Program-made: the position numbers and the translations under genes | The notes under the pieces: generated by a model | Databases searched by the model: none | Told to the model about the DNA's origin: nothing | Seen by the model: only the letters and a program-made list of their open reading frames with translations | NCBI GenBank assembly: GCA_965226885.1 | Contig: CBDDEL010000015.1 | Coordinates: 608,001-672,000, forward strand | DNA length: 64,000 nt | Direction of reading: 5' to 3' | Source of the DNA: Opitutales bacterium | Lineage (GTDB): Bacteria; Verrucomicrobiota; Verrucomicrobiia; Opitutales; UBA2987 | Part shown: in pieces, positions 30,842 through 41,581 of the stretch | How the letters are laid out: each line of letters begins with the position of its first letter | Numbering within the stretch: the first letter of the stretch is position 1

Positions 30842-31280
30842 CAGCGTAAGCCACTGCGGTGGCATAGGCCAAGGCTTCCACACAGCCGACTGATTTTTTC
30901 TTCCCCCTGGATATGCCGGAGGTTTCCACCCGTAAATTTAGGAATATATCGGCTTGAGGGCAGGATTCTTTCATGCGCAAAACAGCTTCCCGGCGCGCAC
31001 GATCGATCAAAGAAACGTAGGAGGCTATCTCCCCTCCAAAAAAATGCCTCAGGCCAGCCAAAAAGCGTTTGTAATAGTCAACCGAAACCACCACAGAACC
31101 CGTCGCCAATTGAAATTCTTTGACCGGGCGATCCTCGGGCAAATAATCGAAGTTGACGACCGGAATAGTCAATTTATCCAGTTCACGTTTATGAATACTG
31201 GCATAGTGACTCGATTCATTGCGTTTGCCCACAATAAAGCCTAAGATGAGTAAAAGGAGGAAGATGATCAGACTTTCCAT
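30825..31280 (-). CDS. YbjQ-family membrane protein
   Basis: N-terminal TM plus GSVVVSVDYYKR..GGEI..DRARREA..AYATA. Confidence 0.8.
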   Translation of the reverse strand: MESLIIFLLLLILGFIVGKRNESSHYASIHKRELDKLTIPVVNFDYLPEDRPVKEFQLATGSVVVSVDYYKRFLAGLRHFFGGEIASYVSLIDRARREAVLRMKESCPQADIFLNLRVETSGISRGKKKSVGCVEALAYATAVAYADEIRP

Positions 31281-31318
31281 GACACTCCAAGCGTTTCCGA
31301 TAATTCCCTTCCCATCCC

Positions 31319-31630
31319 CTAAACGCGAACCGCCGTGCCGTAAGCCAAAATCTCGGCCGCTCCCTGGGCCACCGAGGCGGTCGAAAAGCGAACATTGATA
31401 ACTGCATTGGCGCCCATTTCCCGAGCCTGTTCGATCATGCGTTCGACGGACTGGCGGCGGCTTTCCTGTAGTAGTTCGGTATAGCCTTTGAGTTCCCCCC
31501 CAACGATGTTTTTGAGCCCTGCCATGATGTCGCGCCCCACATGTTTGGCCCGGATGGTACTTCCCTAAACAATTCCGTAATGTTCGATAATGGGTTTCCC
31601 CGGAATGTTATCAATATTAGTCACGATCAT
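31319..31630 (-). pseudogene. YbjQ/UPF0145 protein with in-frame TAG
   Basis: MIVTNIDNIPGK..GIV*GSTIRAKHVGRDIMAGLKNIVGGELKGY. The TAG is at 31567-31565. Confidence 0.88.
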
Positions 31631-31727
31631 GGCGAACTATCCTCGCTTAAAAATTCTTGCCACAGTAGGGGTATATGATTTTTTTCGATCAGGCTTTGGT
31701 CAAGGTAAATAACCGTTGGCGGCAGAT

Positions 31728-32933
31728 TCAGGAATGTTCAAGGCCGGGTAGATTTTCAACGATCAGCCGCCCGATATTGAGGGCTGCGGTGGCGGCCGGC
31801 GAGGGTGCGTTGCAGACATTGACGACACGCCCTGAGCTTTGGATAAAAAAGTCGTCCAGCAGCTTGCCATCCGGGAAAAGCGCTTGGGCGCGGATGCCTG
31901 CCGGGGCCGGTTCGAGGTGTTCCCCTCGAATTTCCGGAACAAGCCTTTGGAGGGCCGTGACGAAGGCTTTTTTGCTCAGGGAGCGCCACATTTCTCCCGC
32001 TCCGATGCGCCAGTATTTACAGGCAACTTTCCAGAAGGCCGGGTAGGCCAGGGTGTCTAGGAGTTCCGGCAGGTTCAGATCGGTTTTAAAATAACCTTCC
32101 CGTCCGAATGCGAGAACGGCGTTGGGACCACACTCGAAGGAACCGTCGATCATGCGGGTGAAATGGACCCCGAGAAAGGGGAAAGCGGGATCGGGGACGG
32201 GATAGATGAGGTTTTTGCAAAGGTGGTGGGCCTCGGGTTTAATCTCGAAATACTCCCCGCGGAAAGGCACGATGCGCATTTCCCTTTTCTGGCTCATGGC
32301 GGTCACTTTGTCCGAATAAAGACCGGCGCAGTTGATGAGGTAATCGGCCTCGAATTCTCCTGCCGTGGTTTCCACGACCACACCTGTGGGCTGTCTGCGG
32401 TTGACCAGACCGGTAACTTTCGCGCCTGTTCTGACCTCTCCGCCCCATCCGGAAATGATTTCGGCCAACCGGCGGCAAACCTGCCGGTAGTTTACAATTC
32501 CGGCCTCCGGCACATGGATGGCCTTCAATCCGTGGCAATGCGGCTCAAGCTCCCGCAGTCTTTCCGGGCCGATCATCTGGCATTTAACGCCATTAGCCTG
32601 TCCCCTTTCAAGGATCGCTTCCAGGCGCGGAACTTCGAAATATTCCGTCGCCACGATCACTTTGCCGCAGATATCGAAATCGATGCCTTCCTCCGCGCAA
32701 AAAAGCTCCATCTTTTTTCTGCCTTCGCGGCAATTGCGGGCTTTTAAAGATCCTGGTTTATAATAGATGCCCGAATGCAGGACGCCGGAATTGCGGCCTG
32801 TTTGATGCAGGGCCAGCTTATCCTCTTTTTCCAGCAGAAGAACCTTCAAATCCGGCTGTTCCCGGAGGAGGTTCCAGGCGCTTGATAGACCGATGATGCC
32901 CCCTCCCACGATAATGACGTTGCAGTTTTCCAT
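31728..32933 (-). CDS. lhgO: L-2-hydroxyglutarate oxidase
   Basis: GGGIIG, HQTGRNSGVLHSGIYY, FRGEY, FPFLGVH and APSPAATA motifs. Confidence 0.92.
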   Translation of the reverse strand: MENCNVIIVGGGIIGLSSAWNLLREQPDLKVLLLEKEDKLALHQTGRNSGVLHSGIYYKPGSLKARNCREGRKKMELFCAEEGIDFDICGKVIVATEYFEVPRLEAILERGQANGVKCQMIGPERLRELEPHCHGLKAIHVPEAGIVNYRQVCRRLAEIISGWGGEVRTGAKVTGLVNRRQPTGVVVETTAGEFEADYLINCAGLYSDKVTAMSQKREMRIVPFRGEYFEIKPEAHHLCKNLIYPVPDPAFPFLGVHFTRMIDGSFECGPNAVLAFGREGYFKTDLNLPELLDTLAYPAFWKVACKYWRIGAGEMWRSLSKKAFVTALQRLVPEIRGEHLEPAPAGIRAQALFPDGKLLDDFFIQSSGRVVNVCNAPSPAATAALNIGRLIVENLPGLEHS

Positions 32934-33020
32934 GCGCCGGAAACGATGTCTGTATTGACGGCCAGCATCAAGCTCCAATACATTGCATCCATCGTTTGTG
33001 AATCCTCAACGCTCCTGCCC

Positions 33021-34124
33021 GTGCGAAAAAATCTCCTTCCCCTTCTGGCCCTGGCGGCTCTTTTCAACTTGTTGGCGGGTTGCCAACCGGCACAGCAAAA
33101 AAACGATTCCGCCAACGCCAATCCATCCGATCAGCCTATATTGATCAAACTGACCTCCTTGTTCAACCAGAGCGCGCCGATTCACGGACCTACCATAAAG
33201 CACCTGTCCAACCTGGTGGAAACGGCCAGTGGAGGAAGCATCCGTTTTAAAATTTACGATCCGGGCAAGCTGGTGGCTTCAATGGAAGTGCTCGACGCCG
33301 TAGCGGCGGGCAAAGTGGACGCGGGCTTTTCTTCGGCCGGCTTCTGGATGGGTAAAATCCCGGCCTCTCCTTTTTTCACGGCGGTTCCCTTTGGCCCCGA
33401 TTCGAGCGAGTTTCTTTCCTGGCTCTTAGCCGGAAACGGAGAAACGCTTTTTCAGGAGATGTACGACCGTTATGGATTCGAGGTAAAGGCCATGATCTGC
33501 GGTATGACTCCGCCGGAAACTTCCGGCTGGTTTGCCCAGGAAATTGAATCCCCAGAGGATCTTGATGGGCTAAAAATGCGTTTTTACGGTTTGGGGGGCA
33601 GCGTTATGGCCAAACTCGGAGTGTCCGTCACTCTTCTCCCACCGGGGGAGATTTTCCCTGCGCTTGAAAAGGGGGTTATCGACGCCACCGAATACGCCAT
33701 GCCGAGCATGGATGAGGATTTAGGCCTCTACAAGATCGTCAGTTTCAACTACTTCCCCGGCTGGCACCAGCAATCATCCGCCTTTGAATTACTCATCAAT
33801 AAAGAAACCTGGGGAGAACTTTCCTCTACCCAACAAACCATTATCGAAATGGCCTGCCGGGACACCATCGTTTTTTCCATTGCACTCGGAGAGGCTACCC
33901 AGTCGGACGTCATGCTGCGCAACGAACGGGAGCGGGGGGTGAAAAACGTCACCTGGTCGCCGGAGATGCTCCGTTTACTGAAACAAACCTGGGAGGAAGT
34001 GGCCGCAGAGCAGTCCGCAGCCGATCCATTCTTCAAAAGGGTATATGATGACTATTCCGAATTTCGCAAAAACTACGCCGTTTGGGGAAGCAAGGCCTAT
34101 TTGCCCAGATCCGCCGTGAATTGA
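33021..34124 (+). CDS. TRAP solute-binding lipoprotein (TakP-like), paralog 1
   Basis: Lipobox LLAGC and ALEKGVIDATE, YFPGWHQ motifs. Confidence 0.9.
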   Translation: MRKNLLPLLALAALFNLLAGCQPAQQKNDSANANPSDQPILIKLTSLFNQSAPIHGPTIKHLSNLVETASGGSIRFKIYDPGKLVASMEVLDAVAAGKVDAGFSSAGFWMGKIPASPFFTAVPFGPDSSEFLSWLLAGNGETLFQEMYDRYGFEVKAMICGMTPPETSGWFAQEIESPEDLDGLKMRFYGLGGSVMAKLGVSVTLLPPGEIFPALEKGVIDATEYAMPSMDEDLGLYKIVSFNYFPGWHQQSSAFELLINKETWGELSSTQQTIIEMACRDTIVFSIALGEATQSDVMLRNERERGVKNVTWSPEMLRLLKQTWEEVAAEQSAADPFFKRVYDDYSEFRKNYAVWGSKAYLPRSAVN

Positions 34125-34132
34125 GATCAGGG

Positions 34133-35248
34133 ATGAAGAATACTGCCGTTTTAATCCTCACTCTGGCGGCTATTGCGATGATTGCCTCACTCGTCGGCTG
34201 CCAGGACCAAGGCAGGGTGAACGGCAATAATGAGGCGTTCAGTAAAGAAGAGCGGTCCTGGCAACTAAAGCTGGCTTCTTCTTTCAACTCTCATTCGCTT
34301 ATCCATGGCGAAAGCATCCGGCATCTGGTAGATCGGCTCGAAACGGCCAGCAATGGCACGATTAAAATAAAGGTTTACGATCCGGGCAAACTGGTGGCCG
34401 CGTTCAAGGTGCTCGATGCCGTTTCCGCCGGAAAAGTAGAAGCTGGATTTTCAACACCCGGCTACTGGATGGGGAAAATTCCTGCTGCACCGCTGTTTTC
34501 AGCCACTCCCTTCGGCCCGGATGCGAGCGAATACCTGTCCTGGTTTTTGGCCGGCAATGGCATGAAACTTTATCAGGAAATGTATGACCGTTATGGGTTC
34601 AATGTGAAGGTTATTCTCTGCGCCATAATTCCACCCGACACCTCCGGTTGGTTCGCCCAGGAAATACTATCTGTGGATGACCTCAAAGGGCTGAAAATCC
34701 GTTATTTCGGACTGGGTGGCAATGTTCTGAAAAAATTAGGCGCAACCGTCAACTTGCTGCCGGGCGGGGAGATTTTTCCGGCCCTGGAAAAAGGGGTGAT
34801 CGACGCCACCGAATTCGCCCTGCCCAGCATTGACGAAGACATGGGGTTCTACAAGATTGTCAAATACAACTACTATCCCGGATGGCACCAACAGGCCTCG
34901 GCCCATGAATTGCTCATTAACAAAGATGTTTGGAACCAAATCTCACCCCAACAAAAGAGCCTGATCGAATTGGCTTGCCGAGATACTTTGATTTACTCTC
35001 TGACCCGTGCAGAAGCCTCTCAATCGGAGGTTATGCTGCGCAACGAACGGGAACGGGGGGTGAAAAACGTCAATTGGTCGACTGAGATGCTAAAAATATT
35101 GAAAAAGACCTGGGAGGAAGTGGCCGCTGAACAGTCCGCCGCCGACCCATTTTTTAAAAAGGTTTATGATGACTATTCCGAATTTCGTAAAAACTATGCC
35201 GTTTGGGGGAGCAAGGCATACTTGCCCCGGCCATCGGCGCCGCTTTAA
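34133..35248 (+). CDS. TRAP solute-binding lipoprotein, paralog 2
   Basis: Lipobox LVGC and the same family motifs. Confidence 0.9.
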   Translation: MKNTAVLILTLAAIAMIASLVGCQDQGRVNGNNEAFSKEERSWQLKLASSFNSHSLIHGESIRHLVDRLETASNGTIKIKVYDPGKLVAAFKVLDAVSAGKVEAGFSTPGYWMGKIPAAPLFSATPFGPDASEYLSWFLAGNGMKLYQEMYDRYGFNVKVILCAIIPPDTSGWFAQEILSVDDLKGLKIRYFGLGGNVLKKLGATVNLLPGGEIFPALEKGVIDATEFALPSIDEDMGFYKIVKYNYYPGWHQQASAHELLINKDVWNQISPQQKSLIELACRDTLIYSLTRAEASQSEVMLRNERERGVKNVNWSTEMLKILKKTWEEVAAEQSAADPFFKKVYDDYSEFRKNYAVWGSKAYLPRPSAPL

Positions 35249-35264
35249 TAATTTCCTTAATATT

Positions 35265-36377
35265 ATGAAAAAAAGAATTTTTCTTTATCATGCCGTATCA
35301 GTCGGTCTTATGTTGCTATGTTTTGGCGGCTGCAAAAGACCAAGCGCAAAGACAGAAACTTCAGTTTCAACAGAACGGCCCGTGCAATTGAAGCTGGCCT
35401 CCTCTTTTCAGTCCAGCGCGGTTCTGCACGGGGAGACCATAATGCACTTGGTCAAACGAGTAGAAGAGGCAAGCGGCGGGGATATCATAATCAAAATTTA
35501 CGATCCCGGAAAACTAGTGGCGGCTCTCGAAGTGCTCGATGCCGTCTCGGCCGGGAAAGTAGATGCCGGTTACTCCACACCGGGTTACTGGATGGGGAAA
35601 ATACCCGCAGCCCCGCTATTCTCGGCGGTGCCCTTTGGTCCGGACGGGAGCGAATACATGGCTTGGTTTTTCGCGGGCAACGGGATGAAACTCTACCAGG
35701 AGATGTACGACCGTTACGGGTTCAATGTAAAGGTGTTTGTTTGCGCTGTTTTTCCGCCGGAAACATCAGGATGGTTCGCCCACGAAATTCGCACGAGGGA
35801 CGACTTGAAGGGTCTGAAAATGCGGTTTTTCGGGCTCGGCGGAAACATCATGCAAAAACTCGGGGTAGCTGTGAACCTCTTGCCCGGCGGTGAAATATTC
35901 CCCGCTCTGGAAAAGGGAGTTATCGACGCCACAGAGTTTGCCCTGCCCAGCATCGATGAGGACATGGGGTTCTACAAGATTGTAAAATACAACTATTTCC
36001 CCGGTTGGCACCAGCAATCAACCGCCTTCGAGTTTATCCTTAACAAAGATGTATGGGAAAGCCTTTCACCCAGACGCCAGGCGATCATCGAATTGGCCAC
36101 CCGCGACACCATCGTTTTTTCCATCGCCAAAGCGGAAGCCACCCAAACGGAGGTGATGCGCCGGAATGAAACCAAAAGAGGAGTTAAGAACACTCTCTGG
36201 CCGCCCGAAATGCTCGAAATTTTCAAGCAAAAATGGATTGAGGTGGTCGAAGAGGAGTCCGCCGCCGATCCCTTTTTCAAAAAGGTTTACGACGATTACA
36301 GCCAGTTCCGCAAAAACTACGCCATCTGGGGCGGTAAAGCCTACCTACCGCGGGCCGTGCCCGAGCCCCAACAGTAA
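35265..36377 (+). CDS. TRAP solute-binding lipoprotein, paralog 3
   Basis: Lipobox-like FGGC and the same family motifs. Confidence 0.9.
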   Translation: MKKRIFLYHAVSVGLMLLCFGGCKRPSAKTETSVSTERPVQLKLASSFQSSAVLHGETIMHLVKRVEEASGGDIIIKIYDPGKLVAALEVLDAVSAGKVDAGYSTPGYWMGKIPAAPLFSAVPFGPDGSEYMAWFFAGNGMKLYQEMYDRYGFNVKVFVCAVFPPETSGWFAHEIRTRDDLKGLKMRFFGLGGNIMQKLGVAVNLLPGGEIFPALEKGVIDATEFALPSIDEDMGFYKIVKYNYFPGWHQQSTAFEFILNKDVWESLSPRRQAIIELATRDTIVFSIAKAEATQTEVMRRNETKRGVKNTLWPPEMLEIFKQKWIEVVEEESAADPFFKKVYDDYSQFRKNYAIWGGKAYLPRAVPEPQQ

Positions 36378-36485
36378 GAAGTATAGGCCAATGATTGAAA
36401 TTCATTTTGGGCGCCATGTCAGTCAGCCAAGTTTGACTTGCTCTGTTTCATAAATCCGGCAAGCATTGATGAACAAAAGCTGCTT

Positions 36486-37595
36486 ATGAAATTGCGAAGT
36501 ATTGTTCGGACCTGTTTTAATTTATTACCCTTGTTGGCCATTTTTTCCGGATGCGGAGGGGGTTCATCCTCTCAGGAGGGAACAGAGGTGGTGGAGTCCA
36601 AACCGGTCAATCTCAAGCTGGTATCTCTCTACAACACCAGCGCCCCTATTTTGGGCGATAATATCATAAGGCTGACCGAGCGGGTGGCCGAGGCCAGCGG
36701 AGGGACGGTTAAAATCAAGGTTTTCGATCCCGGCAAGCTGGTCGCCTCGATGGAGGTGCTGGACGCCGTTTCCAGCGGCAAGGTCGATGCCGGTTATGCC
36801 ACGGCGGGTTTCTGGATGGGCAAGATTCCGGCTGCGCCTTTATTCTCAGCGGTGCCTTTCGGACCGGACTCCAGCGAGTATCTATCGTGGTTTTTCGAGG
36901 GCAATGGGAGCAAACTTTACCAAGAGATGTACGACACTTACGGGTTCAATGTCAAAGTGCTCGTCTGCGCCATGATTCCACCGGAAACCTCCGGCTGGTT
37001 TGCCAAGGAAATCAATACCGCGGTGGATCTGAAAGGCATGAAGATGCGATTTTTCGGCTTGGGGGGCGTGGTCATGAAAAAGCTCGGAGTGTCCGTCAAT
37101 GTGCTGCCGCCGGGAGAGATTTTTCCCGCCTTGGAGAAGGGAGTCATCGACGCCACCGAATACGCCATGCCAAGCATCGACGAGGACAAGGGTTTTTACA
37201 AAATCGCCAAGTACAACTATTTTCCCGGCTGGCACCAGCAGGCCTCGGCCTTCGAATTAATCATCAACAAAGATACCTGGAACCAGCTTTCGCTCAGCCA
37301 GCAGACCATCATCGAGATGGCCAGCCGCGAGACCATCGTACTCTCCATCGCCAACGCGGAGGCTACCCAGGCGGAGGTTATGATCCGCAATCAGGAGGAG
37401 CGGGGGGTCACCAATATGAGCTGGTCTCCTGAAATGCTCGACTTGTTTAAGGAGAAATGGGAGGAAGTGGCTATCGAGCAATCCGCCGCCGATCCTTTTT
37501 TCAAAAAAGTGTATGACGATTTTTCGCAGTTCCGGAAAAACTACGCCATTTGGGGCAGCAAGGCCTATCTGCCCCGTGCGGGGAGTGAAGAGTAA
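36486..37595 (+). CDS. TRAP solute-binding lipoprotein, paralog 4
   Basis: Lipobox FSGC and the same family motifs. Confidence 0.9.
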   Translation: MKLRSIVRTCFNLLPLLAIFSGCGGGSSSQEGTEVVESKPVNLKLVSLYNTSAPILGDNIIRLTERVAEASGGTVKIKVFDPGKLVASMEVLDAVSSGKVDAGYATAGFWMGKIPAAPLFSAVPFGPDSSEYLSWFFEGNGSKLYQEMYDTYGFNVKVLVCAMIPPETSGWFAKEINTAVDLKGMKMRFFGLGGVVMKKLGVSVNVLPPGEIFPALEKGVIDATEYAMPSIDEDKGFYKIAKYNYFPGWHQQASAFELIINKDTWNQLSLSQQTIIEMASRETIVLSIANAEATQAEVMIRNQEERGVTNMSWSPEMLDLFKEKWEEVAIEQSAADPFFKKVYDDFSQFRKNYAIWGSKAYLPRAGSEE

Positions 37596-37619
37596 ACCTT
37601 TATTGCCCTTCGTCGCCCC

Positions 37620-38150
37620 ATGCTGAAAAAACTGGATACCCTGGCGGAGCGGATCGAGGCATTCGTTTACCATACCGGACGGGTGTTTTCCTGGGCCGCT
37701 TTGTTCTTGATGATCACCATCTTCGTGCAGGTGGTTCTGCGCTATGTTTTCTCCTCCGACATGGTGTGGCTGGGTGAACTGCAATGGCATTTCTACGCCG
37801 TCATGGTGATGATCAGCCTGGCCTACGCGCAAATCGAGAATGCCCATGTCCGCGTGGATTTGTTTCACCGTCTGTTTTCCCCCAGGGCAAAAAAAATCAT
37901 CGAAGTGATCGGGATTGTCGTTTTTTTCATTCCATTGTTCATCGTGGTTTTTTGGTACGGCTGTGAGTTTATGGCGGCCTCGTTTCGGATCGGTGAAAAA
38001 TCCCCTTCTCCCGGGGGACTTCCCTTGAGGTGGGCGATCAAAGCTTTTATCCCCATCGGGGCGGCATTTCTGCTACTAAGTTCCGTGGCTCGAACCATCC
38101 GGTTGTTAACCGGCAGCGTCAAGGTGGAGAAGGACGCCATCGTCGATTGA
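37620..38150 (+). CDS. dctQ: TRAP small permease
   Basis: Four TM segments with ELQWH and HVRVD motifs. Confidence 0.9.
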   Translation: MLKKLDTLAERIEAFVYHTGRVFSWAALFLMITIFVQVVLRYVFSSDMVWLGELQWHFYAVMVMISLAYAQIENAHVRVDLFHRLFSPRAKKIIEVIGIVVFFIPLFIVVFWYGCEFMAASFRIGEKSPSPGGLPLRWAIKAFIPIGAAFLLLSSVARTIRLLTGSVKVEKDAIVD

Positions 38151-38179
38151 TCAACCCGGCGCGACGTTTATAAAAGCCC

Positions 38180-39565
38180 ATGGAAACAACCACCCTCCTA
38201 ATAATCGCCCTTTTCGTTTCCTTTGTCGGGCTGCTCATGATCGGCGTGCCGGTGGCTTATGCCCTGGGCGGACTGTCGGTCATATTTGTGGGCATCGCCA
38301 TGCTTTGCGACGCCTATGTGGGGACTTTCATTGGGTTGGACTGGCAAACTTTTTCCTTGGTTATCAACCGCATCTTCGCCCTCATGGAAAACTGGGTGCT
38401 GGTGGCTTTGCCCATGTTTATTTTTATGGGCCACATGCTGGACCGCTCCGGAGTGGCGGAAAAATTGATGCATGCCATGCAAAACCTGCTGGGCGGCATC
38501 CATGGCGGCCTGGCCGTCAGTGTAACCGTGATCGGGGTCATGCTGGCGGCGGCAACCGGGATAATCGGGGCTTCCATCGTCCTGCTGGGCATCCTTTCGC
38601 TGCCGGTAATGCTCTCTCAGGGCTATAAAAAAGAGTTGGCCGTGGGGACGGTGTGCGGAGCGGGCACCTTGGGGATACTTATTCCGCCCAGCATCATGCT
38701 CATCATCATGGCCGACCAACTACAGTTGCCGGTGGGCAATCTTTTTATGGGCGCGGTCTTTCCGGGGCTGTTGTTAGCCTCTTTTTATGTAATTTACATT
38801 TTGGTTTATACCAAGATCAATCCATCAGCGGCGCCCCTACCCAAGGACCGGCCCAAACTTACCGCCAAGGTTCTCTCGGAACTGGCCCTGGCTATCGTTC
38901 CAGCCATGTTTCTGATCCTCCTGGTCCTGGGATCGATTTTTTTCGGCATTGCCACGCCCACCGAGTCGAGCGGCATGGGCGCTTTGGGGGCAACCATCCT
39001 GGCGGCTACAAACCGCAAATTGCACCTCAGCGTGCTTAAGGAGGCCATGGCCGAAACCCTCAAAACAACTGGTTTTCTTTTTGCCATCCTTATCGGAGCG
39101 ACTTGTTTTTCCCTCGTGCTTCGATTTCTGGGAGGCGATGAATTGATCGAGGGGATGCTCTTGGGCCTTGATGTCACTCCAAGTAATCTCGTCCTCATCA
39201 TCCTGTTTGTTATTTTCTGTCTCGGCTTCTTTCTCGACTGGATTGAGATCACCCTCATCATCCTTCCCCTGGTGGCTCCGGTGCTGGCCGGGCTGGACTT
39301 AGGGGAAGTATCGGATTCACCATTGGAAAAGGCAGGCCTGGTCTGGTTCTCAATCCTCTATGCGGTCACCCTGCAAACCTCTTTTCTGACGCCACCGGTC
39401 GGTTTCGCCCTGTTTTTCGTAAAGGGGGTCTGCCCGCCGGAAATACAGATCAGCCACATCTACCGTGGGGTAATTCCTTTCGTTATTCTACAATTGTTGG
39501 CCCTTCTATTTGTCTTTCTGTTTCCGCAATTGGTTACCTGGCTACCCCTGGTGGCCTATAAATAA
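38180..39565 (+). CDS. dctM: TRAP large permease
   Basis: ALPMFIFMG, GTLGILIPPS and TSFLTPPVG motifs. Confidence 0.92.
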   Translation: METTTLLIIALFVSFVGLLMIGVPVAYALGGLSVIFVGIAMLCDAYVGTFIGLDWQTFSLVINRIFALMENWVLVALPMFIFMGHMLDRSGVAEKLMHAMQNLLGGIHGGLAVSVTVIGVMLAAATGIIGASIVLLGILSLPVMLSQGYKKELAVGTVCGAGTLGILIPPSIMLIIMADQLQLPVGNLFMGAVFPGLLLASFYVIYILVYTKINPSAAPLPKDRPKLTAKVLSELALAIVPAMFLILLVLGSIFFGIATPTESSGMGALGATILAATNRKLHLSVLKEAMAETLKTTGFLFAILIGATCFSLVLRFLGGDELIEGMLLGLDVTPSNLVLIILFVIFCLGFFLDWIEITLIILPLVAPVLAGLDLGEVSDSPLEKAGLVWFSILYAVTLQTSFLTPPVGFALFFVKGVCPPEIQISHIYRGVIPFVILQLLALLFVFLFPQLVTWLPLVAYK

Positions 39566-39605
39566 ATGAGAGGGGAACTGGAAACAGTCTCCTGCATCCT
39601 TTTTC

Positions 39606-40499
39606 ATGCTTAAAACCCGAAGAAATGATACGGTTTGGCTGGTCACGCAGCCGGACCATGCCGAAGTCTCTGGATATCTAGCCGCCCATTGGGGTAACGA
39701 CGATTTTGCCCAGCCTGGATATTATGCGAAATCAGGCGATCCCGAGCGGTTGCGGGCGGAGACCGTTTTTGGCATTGCCGAGCACGACAATGGCTGGTGG
39801 GAATGGGAAGCGGATCCGGTTCTTTCAGAGGCCGACGGCCTGCCGCTGGGCCTTTCCGAGTTGTTGCAGGATACGCTGGCGGGCATGGATCGGTGGCGGC
39901 TGTGTATTCCTCGTTTCAGCCAAAATCACCCCTATGCCAGCCTGCTTATCAGCTTCCATGCCTATTGGCTCTATGCCCGAAATGTCCATGCAGAGTCTGA
40001 AGCGGCCTTTTCCCATTCGCTGTTTACCCGGGACCCACAGGCGCTTTTATCCGGAAGCCAATTCGACCATGCGAGTAATTTTATTAACGAGATCGAAGCG
40101 ATGCAGGAGGAGCTAGTCGCCCGCCTACGGAGTGATCCGGTGTCTGCCGCATGGGTCGAACCGGAACACCTGAATCCGCATGTTCGGCTGCTCCAGGTAT
40201 TAGACGGTCTCTCCTTGTCGCTTTCTACGGCATTGGTCAAGCCTTTGGCCGGTGAATCCAGGGGGCTGGGGGAGGACGCCTTCGACCTTTGCGATGTTCC
40301 CCGGCGCAATTGGGATGACCGTGTGAGGATGGAACTACGGCCATCCGGCGAAGGTCGTATCACCTGTCAGCCCTATCCCTTTGATGACGATCCGTTGCCG
40401 GTCTTTATGCCGGCGCGCATACTCGATTTGTCCCGCCAGCCAGTACACTGGCGCAAAGAACCGAGGCGATGGCTCCGCTTTGAATATTGTTCGGCTTAG
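39606..40499 (+). CDS. DUF3891-like protein
   Basis: QPDHA..SG.LA.HWGN and EHDNGW motifs. Confidence 0.7.
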   Translation: MLKTRRNDTVWLVTQPDHAEVSGYLAAHWGNDDFAQPGYYAKSGDPERLRAETVFGIAEHDNGWWEWEADPVLSEADGLPLGLSELLQDTLAGMDRWRLCIPRFSQNHPYASLLISFHAYWLYARNVHAESEAAFSHSLFTRDPQALLSGSQFDHASNFINEIEAMQEELVARLRSDPVSAAWVEPEHLNPHVRLLQVLDGLSLSLSTALVKPLAGESRGLGEDAFDLCDVPRRNWDDRVRMELRPSGEGRITCQPYPFDDDPLPVFMPARILDLSRQPVHWRKEPRRWLRFEYCSA

Positions 40500-40621
40500 A
40501 CCGACCCGTTTGCCGGTGAGAAAAAAAAATGCTTGAAAAGCGCAATAAACAAGCTATCTGGAATATTTGATTTTTGGGGGAACCTTATAGAGATGGAAAT
40601 TTCCAATAGTTCAAAGCAGTT

Positions 40622-41542
40622 ATGATAGAAGCAGAAAACCTGGTTAAAGAATTCGGCTCCATTCGGGCTGTGGATCGTATTTCTTTCGAACTGAAAAAAG
40701 GCGATATTTTGGGATTTTTGGGGCCCAACGGGGCTGGCAAATCCACCTCCATGAAAATGATCACGGGATTCCTGCAGCCCACCTCCGGAACTGCCCGCAT
40801 CGGCGGGCACGACATACAAAAGGAACCCATCAAGGCGAAAAAACTCTTCGGCTATCTCCCTGAAAACGGGCCTCTTTACCAGGAGATGACTCCTCTCGAA
40901 TTCCTCGGATTTATTGCCGATATGCGCGGCATGAATAATCGGGTGGATCGAGAGAAAAATATGCAAAGGGTAATGGAAATCTGCCACCTGGAGGGCGTTC
41001 GGCACCAGCCCATCGAGACGCTCAGCAAGGGATTCCGGCAGCGCGTGGGCATGGCCCATGCCATCCTCCATGACCCCGAGTGTCTCATCATGGACGAGCC
41101 GACAGACGGTCTCGACCCCAACCAGAAGCAGGAGGTGCGCCGCCTCATCGCCTCCATGGCAAGCGACAAGGCCATCCTGCTTTCCACCCACATTCTCGAT
41201 GAGGTTGAATCGATGTGCAACCGCATCATCATCATCGCGGAAGGCTCCATTATTGCCGATGAGACGCCGGAAGACCTGCGACGCCGCCATCCTCGATACA
41301 ATGCGGTGGAATTGGACCTTGATGAAGGAAACCCGGAGCCAATCCGTGAAGCTCTCCAACGGTTGGAACCGATTGGGGAAGTTATTGAGGAAAATGGCAA
41401 AATCATCGCCATCCCGAAAAACAGGGCATCTATCGACGGCCTCGTTTTTGCAACCGCCAGCCGGGAAAACTGGCCTGTCGCGGGGATGGGCCATTACCCC
41501 ATTCGGCTAGAAGAGGTTTTCTGGGAACTGACGCAGCTTTAA
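40622..41542 (+). CDS. ABC ATPase (GldA-like)
   Basis: GPNGAGKS, LSKGFRQR and DEPT motifs. Confidence 0.92.
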   Translation: MIEAENLVKEFGSIRAVDRISFELKKGDILGFLGPNGAGKSTSMKMITGFLQPTSGTARIGGHDIQKEPIKAKKLFGYLPENGPLYQEMTPLEFLGFIADMRGMNNRVDREKNMQRVMEICHLEGVRHQPIETLSKGFRQRVGMAHAILHDPECLIMDEPTDGLDPNQKQEVRRLIASMASDKAILLSTHILDEVESMCNRIIIIAEGSIIADETPEDLRRRHPRYNAVELDLDEGNPEPIREALQRLEPIGEVIEENGKIIAIPKNRASIDGLVFATASRENWPVAGMGHYPIRLEEVFWELTQL

Positions 41543-41581
41543 ACACGGCCCTTAACTATAATCTATAAACAAGAATAATTT

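Noticed and set aside
33021..37595. Diversity-generating retroelement template/variable repeats
   Set aside because: The similarity spans whole paralogous genes, differences are not evidently adenine-specific, and no reverse transcriptase is present.
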